Below, piece after piece: positions 23,307 through 36,055 of a DNA stretch of 64,000 bases. Source of the stretch: Oopsacas minuta (lineage: Eukaryota; Animalia; Porifera); assembly GCA_024704765.1 (NCBI GenBank), contig JAKMXF010000345.1, positions 1 to 64,000 on the forward strand. The letters run 5' to 3'. The notes under the pieces are model-generated. The model had not been told where the DNA came from, made no database searches, and saw nothing but the letters and a program-made list of their open reading frames with translations. Position 1 is the first letter of the stretch, and each line of letters opens with the position of its first letter. Made by a program: the position numbers and the translations under genes.

Positions 23307-24316
23307 CTAATATTTGTCTCCAGAAGTCTTATCCGAATTCAATTATAAGTTGACAGCATATTAATACAAATACTAAACTCTACTCTAAATAGTTTAATAT
23401 ATTACAAGACTTTCTTACAGACAATTTATCTCCCTGCTGTAAAATATCAACGCACGTATTTAACTCATTTAATTTCAAAAATCACTGATCCCCTTTAAGT
23501 AAATGTTTGTGATCACATCTAAATACAGTCGAACCACTGAGATCTTTGCATCTCCCAAAAACCGCACAAAATTTTCTCAAAAATTTCGAAATTAATTGAC
23601 TATTATCAGGCAATTTCCTTTATAATATAGTTAAAGTACAATATGGGACAATACGGAGAAAATTGGCAGTTTGTTCTCCCAAATATTCATAAAAGCCACA
23701 AACTGAGCTGCAATTTTTGCAATTTGGAGCAAATTATATGGACAAATGGTTTTTGAGAATTAGCATGCTATATGGTTTAAGAGCCACAAAGAATTTATGG
23801 CATAACTATATTTCTACTTCGTATCAAATACTTTCCCTAGCAGCCTTTCGATAAGAACAACTGAGTTAACTTTTTTAATTCTACATCGATAATTTTGTTT
23901 GGGTTAAAGAAATATTCCAATTACGTAGCATTAATGCAATGTAATTCTGAGATTCTGGCAAATTATAAATTCCGGGAGAGGCTTCCTAGTTCTCCGTAGT
24001 TCTACTGCATGACGTTAGTCATTAAGGGAATTTTTATTTACAATAGAACTCAGTTAATACTTGTCGCCTAAACAAATTTTCAATTCTTGTACTAAAATTT
24101 TGTAGGAAAAATTCGGATAAGAGGTACTACCCTTGTTTTGAGGGTTGCCCCTTAGGGTCCGGCCCGTTCAAACGTTACGTAACGCAAAATTCCCTAAATT
24201 TTAACTCCCTGTGTTTCATCATTTGTAATACAAAAGAACCGCCTCCCCTCACCTCCCTTTGTACCGTTAAGTAAATTTGAACGGCCCATTACCCGATTCC
24301 CATTGTATTTACATAA

Positions 24317-24667
24317 TCTATATTATTAAATCTCAAATATTGTTTGTCTGTCTGTTGTCAATGAAATTTTCACACTTTTGGGTTAATCATATGTAAATTT
24401 ATTGTTGTTTCTATAAATATACAGTAAACAAATTATCCAAATCTCAAAATGTACATACAGGCTAGGCTTGCTCTAAACGGATACAAAGGGTGTTGATCTT
24501 ACAAAAAGAATTCAATAATATATATGCCATATAAGTATATTTGTGAATTACATTGTTCTAAATATATCTATATTATAATACTCAAAGGGGCCGTCAATTT
24601 GGAGAATACTGGATACTCTGAGACGCAATGCACCGAGTTCACCGCGAAGCGACGAGCCAAATGCTCG
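24317..24667 (+). mobile_element. Non-autonomous Helitron-like element
   Basis: A|TCTATATTATTAAATCTC..TTGTTTGTCTGTCTG 5' end; 3' CGCGAAGCGACGAGCCAAATGCTCG|T; inserted between A and T; same family as 19089-19669. Confidence 0.7.
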
Positions 24668-26169
24668 TTAAATTTGAAGAAACAATCAATATATTATTTT
24701 ACAATAGGACTAATAATTGAAGATTGTAATCCTCCAATTATCTCAATCCCTATCAAATATCTATTAGTAGAACTATAACTTCTTGTTCGCTTAATTCGCT
24801 TCACAAATTCCCAGAAAATCATTAATATTCTTCCTAATACGGTATCATTATCCACTATCCTGGTAGCAAGGTTGTATTACGGCTATGTAGCAGAATATCG
24901 GTTTCATTATGTTATGTGTGTGTTAGGAAATTTGAGATTTCTCCAAAAGTGTATGCATAGAGATTTCTACTAATATCTACTGATTGATGAAGTTTTTAGA
25001 ACTTTTGATTTATTTTTTTGAGGCGAATATGCTTGGGTTATGCAAGGTATTTGGGGAGGGTGACCATTCAAACATTACATAACGCTACAAGGGGAGGGGG
25101 TGGTATGCAAAGTGCTCCAGCGGGGTCAAATTTAGGGGAAATCGCGTTTCGTGACTTTGGGGTGGCATATTCTCTTACAGTTCGTTGGAATCTTGTGTGT
25201 AATTCAGATTTGAGTTTGCATGGGTAGTTTTAACGCGATATTACCAAAATAGGTTTTAATATCACGAAATTCGCCACCTTTCTTCACTTTTTATATATCA
25301 AACGAACACGCTTTGCTTGCTCGAGCTGCGACTGCGGGGCTTAAGAATAATTCGTGTTCGCACGGGTCTTGGTACCTCGTGCCTCAAATGACACTAAAGT
25401 ATAACAGTATAAAATATATTCGGGAGAATTTCTTGGCTATTTTTCTGAAATCAATTATTATCAATAATATATTCTTAGTGACAGAGAGACATGGCGACAC
25501 GAATTTTGAATTTTGAATTTTGAAGTTGTCTGGTTGAAATTTTCCTTGCCATAGCAATAGTACTACAGGACCAAAAGACGCTCAGGTTATAACTGGACCA
25601 CTGCATAGACGAGTCACGGGGTCCAAAAAGAATCGACAGTAGATCCCACAATTTTGAGGAAGACCGCCGAATATTAGTATAATTTCAAAAACACTTTCAT
25701 GTACCCCAAAAATATGTCTTGCCTCAACTCATCGTTCTCGGCTATGCCCATGACCATCTGACAAATGAGCTAATGGTACATAAGATACGCAACAAACATG
25801 CAAACATCATAATATATGTACAGAACTACTGACATGAGCCATTTATTATTACTGTTTTATATCTGGTTTATTCTATCTCTATTATCCAACAAAGCACATC
25901 TGTTTCTTAATAGAGCTGCAAAAAAACATCATGTAGTCCCCTATAGAATATAGTCAACTCCCGGTATATCTAAGCCCAAGAGACCGCGATGATTACTTAG
26001 AAATACATAACCGATAATATTTATGTTACTTTGACGGTTTGGGACCATAATTGTAGAATTTCAAATCTTGGGTATTTCGGTATATCTGTGTTCCATATCT
26101 ATACACAAATTTCAAATTATCTCCATCTTCCCAAATAATTGAAGATTAGAAACACAATAACTACATACA

Positions 26170-29100
26170 ATGGCTGGTCTCGTTAAAGGTAAAGAATATG
26201 ACTGGAAAGACTCTAACATGGCCCTGGTCGGGACTGACGCTGATAGATCGGTGAAGAAAGCTGCTGCTGAGACTGAACCCGCTTGGAAGGGTGCAGGCAC
26301 GAAGGTAGGCATGCAAGTATGGCGTATTGTCAAGTTCAAGGTTACGCATTGGCCAAAGGAGGATTATGGTAAGTTCTACGAGGGCGACAGCTATATTCTG
26401 ATGAATACTTATAAAGAACCTGATAGTGATGCTCTCAATTTTGATCTACATTTCTGGATAGGAAAGGAATCGACTCAGGTCAGTAAATATGATTCATAAC
26501 AATTGCTGATACTACATTTTATAATAGAACCATAGGACCAGCACAAAAAATATATGTGCTAATTTTCAAGGCAATCGAACTGGTATATTTCGCATAACAG
26601 CTCGGACGGAATTAAGCATCTGTTTCTTATATAAAAATTGCTTATACATTTCAGAAAAGTGATCTGAAATCATCATGAACGTGGTCGCGATCCTTTTTTG
26701 CGTAAGGATAGCATTCACGACCTTCGATGACGATCGTGATCTTGATCATTGATTTGGTGATCGACTAATGACCTACTTCTACCCCATAGTAATCATTTGT
26801 ATTCTATCTCCATAGGATGAATACGGAACAGCTGCGTACAAAACTGTAGAACTAGACACTCTCCTTGATGATAAGCCTATTCAGCATAGAGAAGTACAAT
26901 CGTATGAAAGTGATCTGTTCAACAGTTACTTCAAAGAATTGACCATAATGAAAGGAGGAGCTGATACTGGATTCAGACATGTAGAACCTAAGAATTATCG
27001 AATTAGACTACTTCATTTTCATGGAGAGAAGAAACGTATTACTGTTAAAGAGGTAAATTGTTTTGACGAAAAACCCCCCTCCCCTGTATGAATATGTTGC
27101 AGTCCAACTGCCTATTCGCGAATAGACCAATTTGAATTGGTCCGAGTGCGAATTATTTTTAGATTTACACATACTCATTAAGATATCTAGATAAGGTCAT
27201 GCCATACACAATTTATTGCTTGTCAATATATTAATTAATCCCTGTCCGTCCCAATGTTAATCGCTAGCAAAAATCAAGGTCATAAGGCAAACCAGCAGAA
27301 GCAAATGAAAGTGGTAATGCAGTTCACCTTGGTTAACGCACATTAACGAAATACGCAATAGGTAATACAAAATAACAGATGAAAACTACTATTACTGCAT
27401 TCAGCGAAATAGTAACTGGTTCCAGAAAGCATATAAGCGATTATACGTATGACAATTAGTCTTGGCCACACAGAAATAACAAATTCGCACTCGGACCAAT
27501 TCAAATTGGTCTATTCGCGAATGGGCCAAATTCGCAGTTGGACTGCAACAAATACACTGGACTATGCTTGATAAGGACACCGTTTAAACTGGAAATACAA
27601 AAAGTTTTCGGTTAATCGGGAACTTCACTTAACCTGAATCTGGCTGTGGGGTTTACTGTAAATGGAAAAACATCTATTTTCACTTTCAGTTTCTATTTAC
27701 GTAGCCAGCTTTGGCTTAATTGGGACAAAAAGCTGGGACGAAAGTGTCCCAATTATGCGGAGTTCCTGATTAACCAAATTTTTTGCATTACTATGGTTTG
27801 GATCCAAATTCTAAATGAAATGTGTCCTGATTAACCGCATACTTGCCGACCTGAGTAAAGAAAAATGCGGGACGGGAGACACCAATTTAGCGGGACATCG
27901 CGTGACGTAACATATTTGTATTATACTGGACCTAAAAATCGGGACAATTAAGGTTTTTAGCGAGTTTTGGCGGGACATTAGTCTCATTGGCCCTCAACAT
28001 ATATCCAAAAACAGGGACAGTTGGCAAGTATATAACCGGTGTCCCAATTAAGCGGAGTTCAATGTATATTGAAATCCTCCCTCCAATCCCGCATCAATTT
28101 CCGAATATATGAGTGATAAAGTTCCGGCACAAACTCTGGAATATTTCTATTGTTACACGAAGATTTGAAATATTCAAAAAATCCGGAATGGATTGAAATT
28201 ATTACATACTTACCAACTGTAGAATGTCTTCCAAAGTACATACAAATCAAATGTTATTGTGCAAGAAAGTACTATTCGATGGAAATATTAATTTTTCCAA
28301 AAAATATCTGAAAATTTCTCCATCCAACTGTAGTGTTGTGTGGCGAAATCTCGAATATTCAAGCGAACGTGTCAAGAACAAGAAAACAAGATACAAAATA
28401 TTTTCCGGGAATAGATAAAACCACGAATGGCTGACTCACGGACGGGAGGGCTGCCTGTAATACATAAATTAGCCAACTATGCTGAGATCTATCATCAACA
28501 TTTGGAGAACTACCGTTCTCATGAAAAATATCTATCCCGGAAATCAGTCTAATAAAATTACGTCACCAAAAATTGTAACTCGAACGTATAATACGTACTA
28601 GCCGGGGGAAATATTCCAGAATTTGCCGAGACTGTACCTTAGAACAGTGTCCCGCGACCCCAAAAAGGCATGGTGTCCCCGAAAAAACGATCACGGACCA
28701 CTGACTTAGAACAATATCCAAGCACCAAGCAGATGTACAACATCCGCCATCCATGGTTAAGTATTTAATAATCATATTGTGTGGACAATTCTTGTTGAAA
28801 CAAGTACATTTATTAGAACAGAGGTAAACCCCTTTCTCGCTTGGCGCTTAACCTAACGGCGTCTGAATTGGAACGAATACGATAAGTTGGGTATTCGATA
28901 TAATACGAGTTAACTATATTTAATTATCTATACTCATACACACTTCTATTTAATCACAAGTTTACTGAATATAATACGAATCCTATGGAAATTCATAAAC
29001 ATGATTCTAGTACATATATGATAATAAACCTAATACATGTATATGCGATTTTGGTTGGTTTGCAATCGGTCCAATTCAGGCAGCCCTCGCCGTTCGCTGT

Positions 29101-30161
29101 TTCGATTCTTCGCGGAAAATATTTCATGTCTCGTTTTATCTCAAAAAGTTATTCCATGCTTGATTCTAATGCTCTACCTATCCACAGGTACCAGCAAAGA
29201 AGGCAGCCCTCGATTCTACAGATGTGTTTATCCTTGACAAAGGTCTTACTCTATTTCAATGGAATGGAAAAACTTGTAACAAAGATGAGAAGTTCAAGGC
29301 AGTACAGTACTTACAAACTATTAAATCTGAACGTGGGAAGGCTACAGTAGAGACGCTTGATGAACTTGATTGTGTAAGTTCAGTTGAATACGAAAATACA
29401 GATAACTCCCGCTATATCTAGGCTCAAAGGACCGCGATAATCACTTTGAAATAACTGATGGATTATTTCTTACTTTGAGGGTTTGAGACCATATTTGTAT
29501 AATTTCAGACTTTATTTTTATTATCCATAACTCCCCGTCATATCGAACACTGATACCACTATTGAAGACTGAAATTCTACAAATATGGTCTCAAACCGTC
29601 AAAGTAACATAAAAGTCACTGTTATATCGAAGCAATTTCCTCAATTCCTTGAACTTCGATAAACGGGAGTAAACTGTACAGTGGAACTTAGTTAATACAA
29701 ACAATATTTGATCGTTCGTTGGTGTCCGTATGAGCGAGGTCCCACTGTGCATATATTTAACCAAAATCCTTTTTTCAATTTTCTAGCCCAAGTCCCACGA
29801 ATTCTACACTTCTCTTAGTGACGATCCTTTAGAAGAAGGAGACCTCGATGAAAAGAAGGAAAAATTAACAGTAGCATTCGCAGCACAGCTCTACAAGCTT
29901 AGCGACGCATCTGGTCAAATGGAATTCACAATGGTATCTGAGGGAAAACTATCGCGAGACATGCTAGACCCCAATGACGTGTTCATCCTTGATAATGGTA
30001 AGATGTGTTTTGTATGGATTGGCAATGGTACTACGTTTGCTGAGCGCTCCAACGCAATGCCTTATGCCCATAATTACCTTATGAAATCAGATCATCCACT
30101 GATACCTGTTACTTGTGTCAAACAAGGAAAGGAAACGGCCAACTTTTTCCAGAACTTTTAA
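26170..30161 (+). CDS. Gelsolin-like (severin/fragmin-sized, three gelsolin repeats) actin-severing protein, 368 aa, 4 exons
   Basis: Exons 26170-26478, 26816-27052, 29188-29373, 29787-30161, all phase 0. Motifs [68 protein letters not shown]..FVWIG. Confidence 0.95.
27095..27550. mobile_element. Non-autonomous Ginger-like element in gelsolin intron 2
   Basis: TGT...ACA termini, ~60-70 bp imperfect TIR (TGTTGCAGTCCAACTGC..ATTCGCGAATAGACCAATTTGAATTGGTCCGAGTGCGAATT), 4-bp TSD AATA/AATA. Confidence 0.7.
27838..28032. mobile_element. CATACTTGCC-terminal MITE with apparent 6-bp TSD, nested in a TA-MITE (5'-truncated copy at ~62415-62584)
   Basis: TIR CATACTTGCC / GGCAAGTATA; flanks TAACCG/TAACCG; repeated GCGGGAC motifs shared with 62415-62584. 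Confidence 0.7.
28645..28703. mobile_element. 59-bp minimal hAT-like MITE
   Basis: CAGTGTCC..GGACCACTG ends; TSD CCTTAGAA/ACTTAGAA. Confidence 0.6.
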
Positions 30162-30269
30162 CGTTTTGATGAAGGATTTACATATATATTTAGTCAAGAT
30201 TTAGTTGGTATATTTTAGAAAGTAACATTAGTGGATTTAGATTTTGTGTGTATTTTGGAAGAAATTTCA

Positions 30270-30320
<51 letters not shown>
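30270..30320. repeat. (ATT)17 microsatellite just 3' of the gelsolin stop
   Basis: Uninterrupted ATT run of 51 bp. Confidence 0.98.
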
Positions 30321-30321
<1 letters not shown>

Positions 30322-31069
30322 TCGTCATAGGTTCTATATTATCAATTTGGTTAATTATAATTGTGGCCAATTCTCAATAGTTATTATTTTGTTTATTGTA
30401 TGGGTGTATGTTAGTGGTTTCCAACCTTGGGGTCCAAAGGATCTCAAAATTTGTATTGCAATATATAACTAATATGAGAGGGGATCCACAGGTGAAAAAG
30501 TTTGGTTTAAGTGTTGTAACGAAATCTGCTTGGGCTTTCATGATCTCTTCGTGAGTCTCACGATTTTCAGATCCTTGGTCTTTTCATAGTAAGCTGATAG
30601 TGGAACTTGGATAAGATTTCCTAATATATATACTACTGTGATGGACGTATCATCGGTTATAAATTTATTCGTATTTCTTTCGAACCAATACAGTCAACTC
30701 TCGTTTTATCGTAGCTCAAGGGACCACGATAATTTCTTTGTTATAAGCGATTAAATATTGTTACTTTTGACGGTTTGGGACCATATTTGTTCAATTTCAG
30801 ACTTCGATATAAGCGGTTAATTCGATAGGGGATAAATTTGGGTACCTGTGGGCCTGGACCCCCCAGTTTCGTTTCGTTTCGTTTCCAAAAAATTGCCACC
30901 ATTGCATACTTACCAACCCCTTTGAACTGTTTCCCTCGATTTTCAAATTCCAAGGATTTCTATTTTCTATACAAAAAATATGAAATTTTCCCTCTTTTCC
31001 GAGAAAACATATCCGATATTTTACCTGGATTTAGTAATTTTTCCCTGGAAATCTAGTGATCCCTGAATT

Positions 31070-31439
31070 CATAGGCGTAATAGTCAGGGCTCTCAACCTA
31101 GAAACCATCAAAATCATGAGATTCGTCAAAATCTCAGTATTCTATCGTGACACATCCTATTAGTATTCGTTTCTATGAAAAGACAGGGATTCTATAGTAT
31201 TTGTAGACCCAAAATCGTGAGACTCACGACTAGATCGTAAGAGTTGAGAGCCCTGAATTGTATCCATCAAGACCCCCATGTCTTGGATCTATGCATCTGG
31301 ATCCGCCAGATTTAGGACCATGGACCGGACCATTGGAGCAAAATAGCCATTCTCAGAGGGTTTATATCCTCAGGTCTGGAATACGGTACGGGGTTTTGAT
31401 ACCCAAGTTTTCTGGGAAATTGGAAAGTTCACGCCTATG
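31070..31439. mobile_element. hAT-like MITE containing a second TIR element (31085-31255)
   Basis: Outer TIR CATAGGCGT/ACGCCTATG with TSD CCTGAATT/CCTGAATG; inner TIR CAGGGCTCTCAAC/GTTGAGAGCCCTG. Confidence 0.75.
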
Positions 31440-32044
31440 CCTGAATGGTCTGCGGCTATGGTTTCTGATGTGACTTTTTAGGATCACATTGCCCTTTGAC
31501 AACGACAAGCTAGATCTATTTTAATTATATTCTATTTGCTAGGAAATGCAATTGAGATTGTCTAAAATAGACTTCATAGTGATATGCTTTGTCAGTGTAG
31601 CATCTGCTTTCTATATCTACCCGCCTTTCTGGAAAGAATTGTCTAAAAATAATCCAACAATTTATAAATTGACTGTAAAGAGCAAACCTTTGAATGAAAA
31701 AGATGGTAAAGATAATAATTAATTTGTCTATTAAAATATTGTATATTTTTCTTTTACTCATTCGGGATTTCGAAAATGGAAAACTATTCCTTCAGGTGAT
31801 CTGAGCATACTTCCCGCATTTTCGGACATGTGTTGATGGCCAATGAGGCTAATCTCCAGGGTTGCTTGTCGCACTGAAATCATAAAAAAATAGATGATAT
31901 ATCCATATACATATAGTAATTCAGACTAGCCTGGTCAAGGATTTTTTAACTGGAGGCACAATTCCCATTTGGGGCATGCATGTGGCTAGCTAGAAGGCAA
32001 ACTTCAAAATTTCGCTAGGTTTCGCTTATACAAACTTCTATATA

Positions 32045-32199
32045 CCGTGAAAACTCTACAAACTGGGCCCGTGGAAGTGGAGAACTTCAGGAAACGAAGT
32101 GAAAATACATAGCGAATTCCTAATCCCTTACAAATGAATCTCCACAAACGGGGTAGCATTTTCGGCGTCCCTGACACCTTGTTTGTGGAGATTTCACTG
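32045..32199. mobile_element. TA-target MITE family F (other copies ~48946-49085, ~58560-58682, ~60540-60683)
   Basis: Shared core GAATTCCTA..CCC(T/A)TACAAATGAA(T/C)CT(C/T)CACAAACGGGG..TAGCA..TTTTCGGCG; C(A/C)GTG..CACTG|TA ends. Confidence 0.7.
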
Positions 32200-32235
32200 T
32201 ACTATTTGGTAACTTGATTATCTTATTTACTTAGC

Positions 32236-35200
32236 ATGGAAGCCCAAGAAAACAAACCACACAGAAAACCTCATTCAGGTCCATCAGCTGTGAAAAAGAA
32301 ACGAAAAAATATCAAACAAAAAACCCCCAAAAATCAAAACAAAAAAGCTTTCGCTTTCAAATCAAGTGTGAGAGCTGCTCGCTCATTACGTCATACTCTT
32401 GATATCGAGACGAAACGTCATCATATACCTGTCGCCGAACAAACTTACAATACTGCCGAAGTCCCGCCTTATATAGTCGCGGTAGTAGGCCCCCCTAAAG
32501 TTGGAAAAAGTACGCTTATACGTTCGTTGGTGAAGAATTATACACGACATAATTTGCGGAGTGTTATTGGGCCGATTACGATTGTTTCTGGTCGGAAACG
32601 ACGTCTGACATTTATCGAGGTTGATAATGATATGTGCTGTATGATTGATGTGGCGAAAATCGCGGATTTATGTTTGTTATTAATCGACGCGAGTTTTGGA
32701 TTTGAAATTGAGACATTTGAGTTTATTAATATTTTGCAGGTACACGGTTTTCCACAGGTTATGGGGGTGCTGACTCATTTGGATTTGATTCCACGGACGA
32801 AAACTTTACGTCGCGCGAAAAAGGACCTACGTCATCGATTCTGGACAGAGATATATCAAGGTGCGAAAGTGTTCTATCTTTCGGGTATTTTGAATGGTGA
32901 TTTATACCCAAGTATGGAAGTACATAATTTATCGCGGTTTATTTCAGTTATGCGTTTTCATCCGACGCAATGGAGACTTTCTCATGCGTTTTTTCTCGCG
33001 GATAGAGTGGAAGATTTGACACCTTTTGAAGATATGAGACTTGAGCCTTCGATTGACCGAAACATTGCCTTATATGGGTATATACGGGGCACGAATTTGC
33101 CGGATAATTCTTGGGTACATATACCGGGCTGCGGTGATTATAGAATCGGGGAAATTAAACTTTTACAGGATCCATGTCCTTTACCGGGTGGTGAGAAAAA
33201 GCGCAGAAATTTGAATGAAAAACAGAAACTAATTTACGCGCCTAAATGCGGGATTGGACAATTGAGTTTGGATAATGATGCTATTTATGTTGATTTACCG
33301 TCTAAAAACGCGAATTTGGAGCCGAGTAATGATCTTATTTCCGCGATTTTACGTACTAACACTGGTGTGGACGAGAAATTGGCTGATGCGGATGGTGTTA
33401 TGTTATTCGAAAATTCTGAACAAGTTTGTGATATTGAAAGTGAGGAAAAACGCGAAAGTTCTATTGCCAGTGACACTGGAGGGGAGGAAAATCGCGAAAA
33501 TTCTACTGGGAGTGACAGTGAAAATGATTTAACCACTAGTGAGAGTGATTCAGACAGTGAAATTTCGCAGGAGGGAAGTGAAAAATCTGAAGAAAATAAT
33601 TCTGAATTCCAAAACGCATCGACTCAAGTTATTAAAGATGGATATACAAAATTAATTTCAACTCCTTCATGGACAAAAATGTACAACGAATATTTGGACC
33701 ATCGTCTCGGGCGACATTCTAGCCTTCAAGAATTAATATACTCGAAAAAAGACACTATTTTACTGCGAAAACAACCACATACTGATGACTTATTAGGTGA
33801 TTTGTTTATTGTCAATGATAATCGTAAACAGCTTGTACATGATAGTAGTTATTCCAGAATGACTGTTAATTTCGATTTCAACAATGAAAGTACTTATCAA
33901 GAACTAAAAAACCTGTTTGTTACTGGGCGAAAACGTGTGAAATTTCGCGAAAACTCTGATGATAATCGCGAATTTCGTAATGGATTTATTGAATTAGATG
34001 ATGACGGTAATGAAATTCAAAAGTTAGATAATTTCCCTGAAAATGAATTTTCAGAATCTGAAAGTGAAAATATTGAAAAGGAAGTTGTAAAAAAGCAACA
34101 AATAAAATCCGATTATTTCAAAGATTTACAACAACAAACAAATGACCAGGACCTCATAAACAAAGGAGAATACGAACAGTTTGACATACTACAATCTGCG
34201 AAATATATCGGCTATCCACCTGGTTCATACATTAGAATATCCATAGACTCTATACCCTACGAATTCATCAATAATACCAAGGCTAATTCACCGATTATCG
34301 TCGGCAGTCTTACTTCACAGGAATTAGAGACTACACGATATACACATGCACGTGTTAAACAGCACAGATGGCATAAGAAAGTCCTCAAAACACGTGACCC
34401 GATTATCGTAAGCCTTGGCTGGCGCCGATTTCAAACATTGCCTGTTTACTATACTGAAGAGCATAATAAGCGGAAACGTATGCTGAAGTATACACCTGAA
34501 CATTCGCATTGTCACGCAGTTTTTAACGCTCCTGTTACCCACCCGGGCACTGGGTTATTGGCGCTACAGGTTTTAACCGCGAATGCGAAAACCACGTTTC
34601 GAATTGCACTGACTGGCGTATTATTAGAAAACTCACAAACGATCGAAGTCGTTAAAAAATTGAAATTAACTGGAACTCCCTATAAGATATACAAAAATAC
34701 TGCGTTTATTAAAGGTATGTTTAATTCTGCGCTAGAAGTCGCGAAATTCGAACGCTCAATTATTCAAACAGTAAGTGGAATTCGTGGAATTATAAAACGC
34801 AATGTTTCGAAACCGTCTGGACATTTTCGAGCCAGTTTTGAAGACAAAATTCTCATGTCTGATATTGTGTTTTTGCGTGTTTGGCATCAGGTTGAATTAC
34901 CATTATTTTACAACCCAGTCTGTAACCATGTTGATCGAGATTGGAATGCAATGAAAACAGTCGCGGAAATTCGTCACGAAAACAACACCCCAATTCCTGT
35001 TCAAAAAGATTCACTTTACCAAAAAGTTGAGAGAATTACACCGAAATTCGCGCCGCTTAAAATTCCGCATAAACTTGAAAAAGACTTACCATTTAAAAGT
35101 AAACCGAAATACGTAATGAAAAGTAAAGGGCTCGCGAATCTTAAAAAACCGGCAGTAATTTTGGAACCGAATGAACAGAAAGTAATGAAAATGTTTCAAC

Positions 35201-35385
35201 AATTACGAACTGCACATAATGATAACTTGAGAAAACGTAAAATTGAGAGTTTGCGAAAGTCGGAATTGAATGAGAAAATGAAAAAGAAAGTTGAATTGAA
35301 GCGGTTACAAAGTGTAAAGAAGAGACGCAGAGATTTCTATACGAAAGTTGGGAAGAAACAAGCTAGATCAAAGAAAAAGAATTGA
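32236..35385 (+). CDS. BMS1: Ribosome biogenesis GTPase BMS1, single exon, 1049 aa
   Basis: P-loop VAVVGPPKVGKSTLIRSL; RRLTFIE, DLCLLLIDASFGFE.ETFEF, FWTEIYQGAK.FYLSG; acidic low-complexity middle; C-terminal HRWHKKVLKTRDP..LGWRRFQ, KKLKLTGTP and FEDKILMSDIVFLR. Confidence 0.98.
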   Translation: MEAQENKPHRKPHSGPSAVKKKRKNIKQKTPKNQNKKAFAFKSSVRAARSLRHTLDIETKRHHIPVAEQTYNTAEVPPYIVAVVGPPKVGKSTLIRSLVKNYTRHNLRSVIGPITIVSGRKRRLTFIEVDNDMCCMIDVAKIADLCLLLIDASFGFEIETFEFINILQVHGFPQVMGVLTHLDLIPRTKTLRRAKKDLRHRFWTEIYQGAKVFYLSGILNGDLYPSMEVHNLSRFISVMRFHPTQWRLSHAFFLADRVEDLTPFEDMRLEPSIDRNIALYGYIRGTNLPDNSWVHIPGCGDYRIGEIKLLQDPCPLPGGEKKRRNLNEKQKLIYAPKCGIGQLSLDNDAIYVDLPSKNANLEPSNDLISAILRTNTGVDEKLADADGVMLFENSEQVCDIESEEKRESSIASDTGGEENRENSTGSDSENDLTTSESDSDSEISQEGSEKSEENNSEFQNASTQVIKDGYTKLISTPSWTKMYNEYLDHRLGRHSSLQELIYSKKDTILLRKQPHTDDLLGDLFIVNDNRKQLVHDSSYSRMTVNFDFNNESTYQELKNLFVTGRKRVKFRENSDDNREFRNGFIELDDDGNEIQKLDNFPENEFSESESENIEKEVVKKQQIKSDYFKDLQQQTNDQDLINKGEYEQFDILQSAKYIGYPPGSYIRISIDSIPYEFINNTKANSPIIVGSLTSQELETTRYTHARVKQHRWHKKVLKTRDPIIVSLGWRRFQTLPVYYTEEHNKRKRMLKYTPEHSHCHAVFNAPVTHPGTGLLALQVLTANAKTTFRIALTGVLLENSQTIEVVKKLKLTGTPYKIYKNTAFIKGMFNSALEVAKFERSIIQTVSGIRGIIKRNVSKPSGHFRASFEDKILMSDIVFLRVWHQVELPLFYNPVCNHVDRDWNAMKTVAEIRHENNTPIPVQKDSLYQKVERITPKFAPLKIPHKLEKDLPFKSKPKYVMKSKGLANLKKPAVILEPNEQKVMKMFQQLRTAHNDNLRKRKIESLRKSELNEKMKKKVELKRLQSVKKRRRDFYTKVGKKQARSKKKN

Positions 35386-36055
35386 TTCTATTTGCAATTA
35401 TCACGTTTTAGCTTTAGAAATATTTCATTTTCGGCCACTCTGGCGCGTACAAATTCTTCAAAAATATTCTCCATTTAACCGTACAGTAAACTCCTGTTAT
35501 AACCAAGTCCGATACAAAGAAACACCGCTTATAACAAAGTTATTTGTTACTCCTTTAGGTCAATTGCTTAAGCGGAATTAATTCAACTGGGGTTGTTATG
35601 AGTCCGCTCATAACAACCCCAGTTGAACTAATTCCTCTTGAATTGATATTTTTACATAAACTCCGTATAACGAACTTTGATTAAAAGCCTTATGCTATTA
35701 TTGACATAAAATTACAAACAAATGTGCATTTAACGAACTCCTTTTAACGAAATGAAACAGAGGTCCAGAGCACTTCCTTATAAGGAGAATTTGCCGTATA
35801 TTGTGGTGTTCGCCTATTACCAATTTGCTTATTTATAATTGCCAGTTTCAGCAAGTTTCTCCATTTTGTATCCTCTAATAGCGTTCGCGTATTATGAAGG
35901 GGAATTCTGTCAAAATATGACTTGCTAAATGCTAATAAGCGAACTCCACTGTAATTCGATAAATATAGCTTGAATCAATTATAATTCTGAGAACATTCTA
36001 CTTTCCGAAATAATCTGAATATTTCGAATTTAATATCAACACTAGCAAGTGCGCC

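Noticed and set aside
30248-30472. ORF with poly-Tyr run
   Set aside because: Artefact of the (ATT)17 microsatellite; GTG start, non-coding context.
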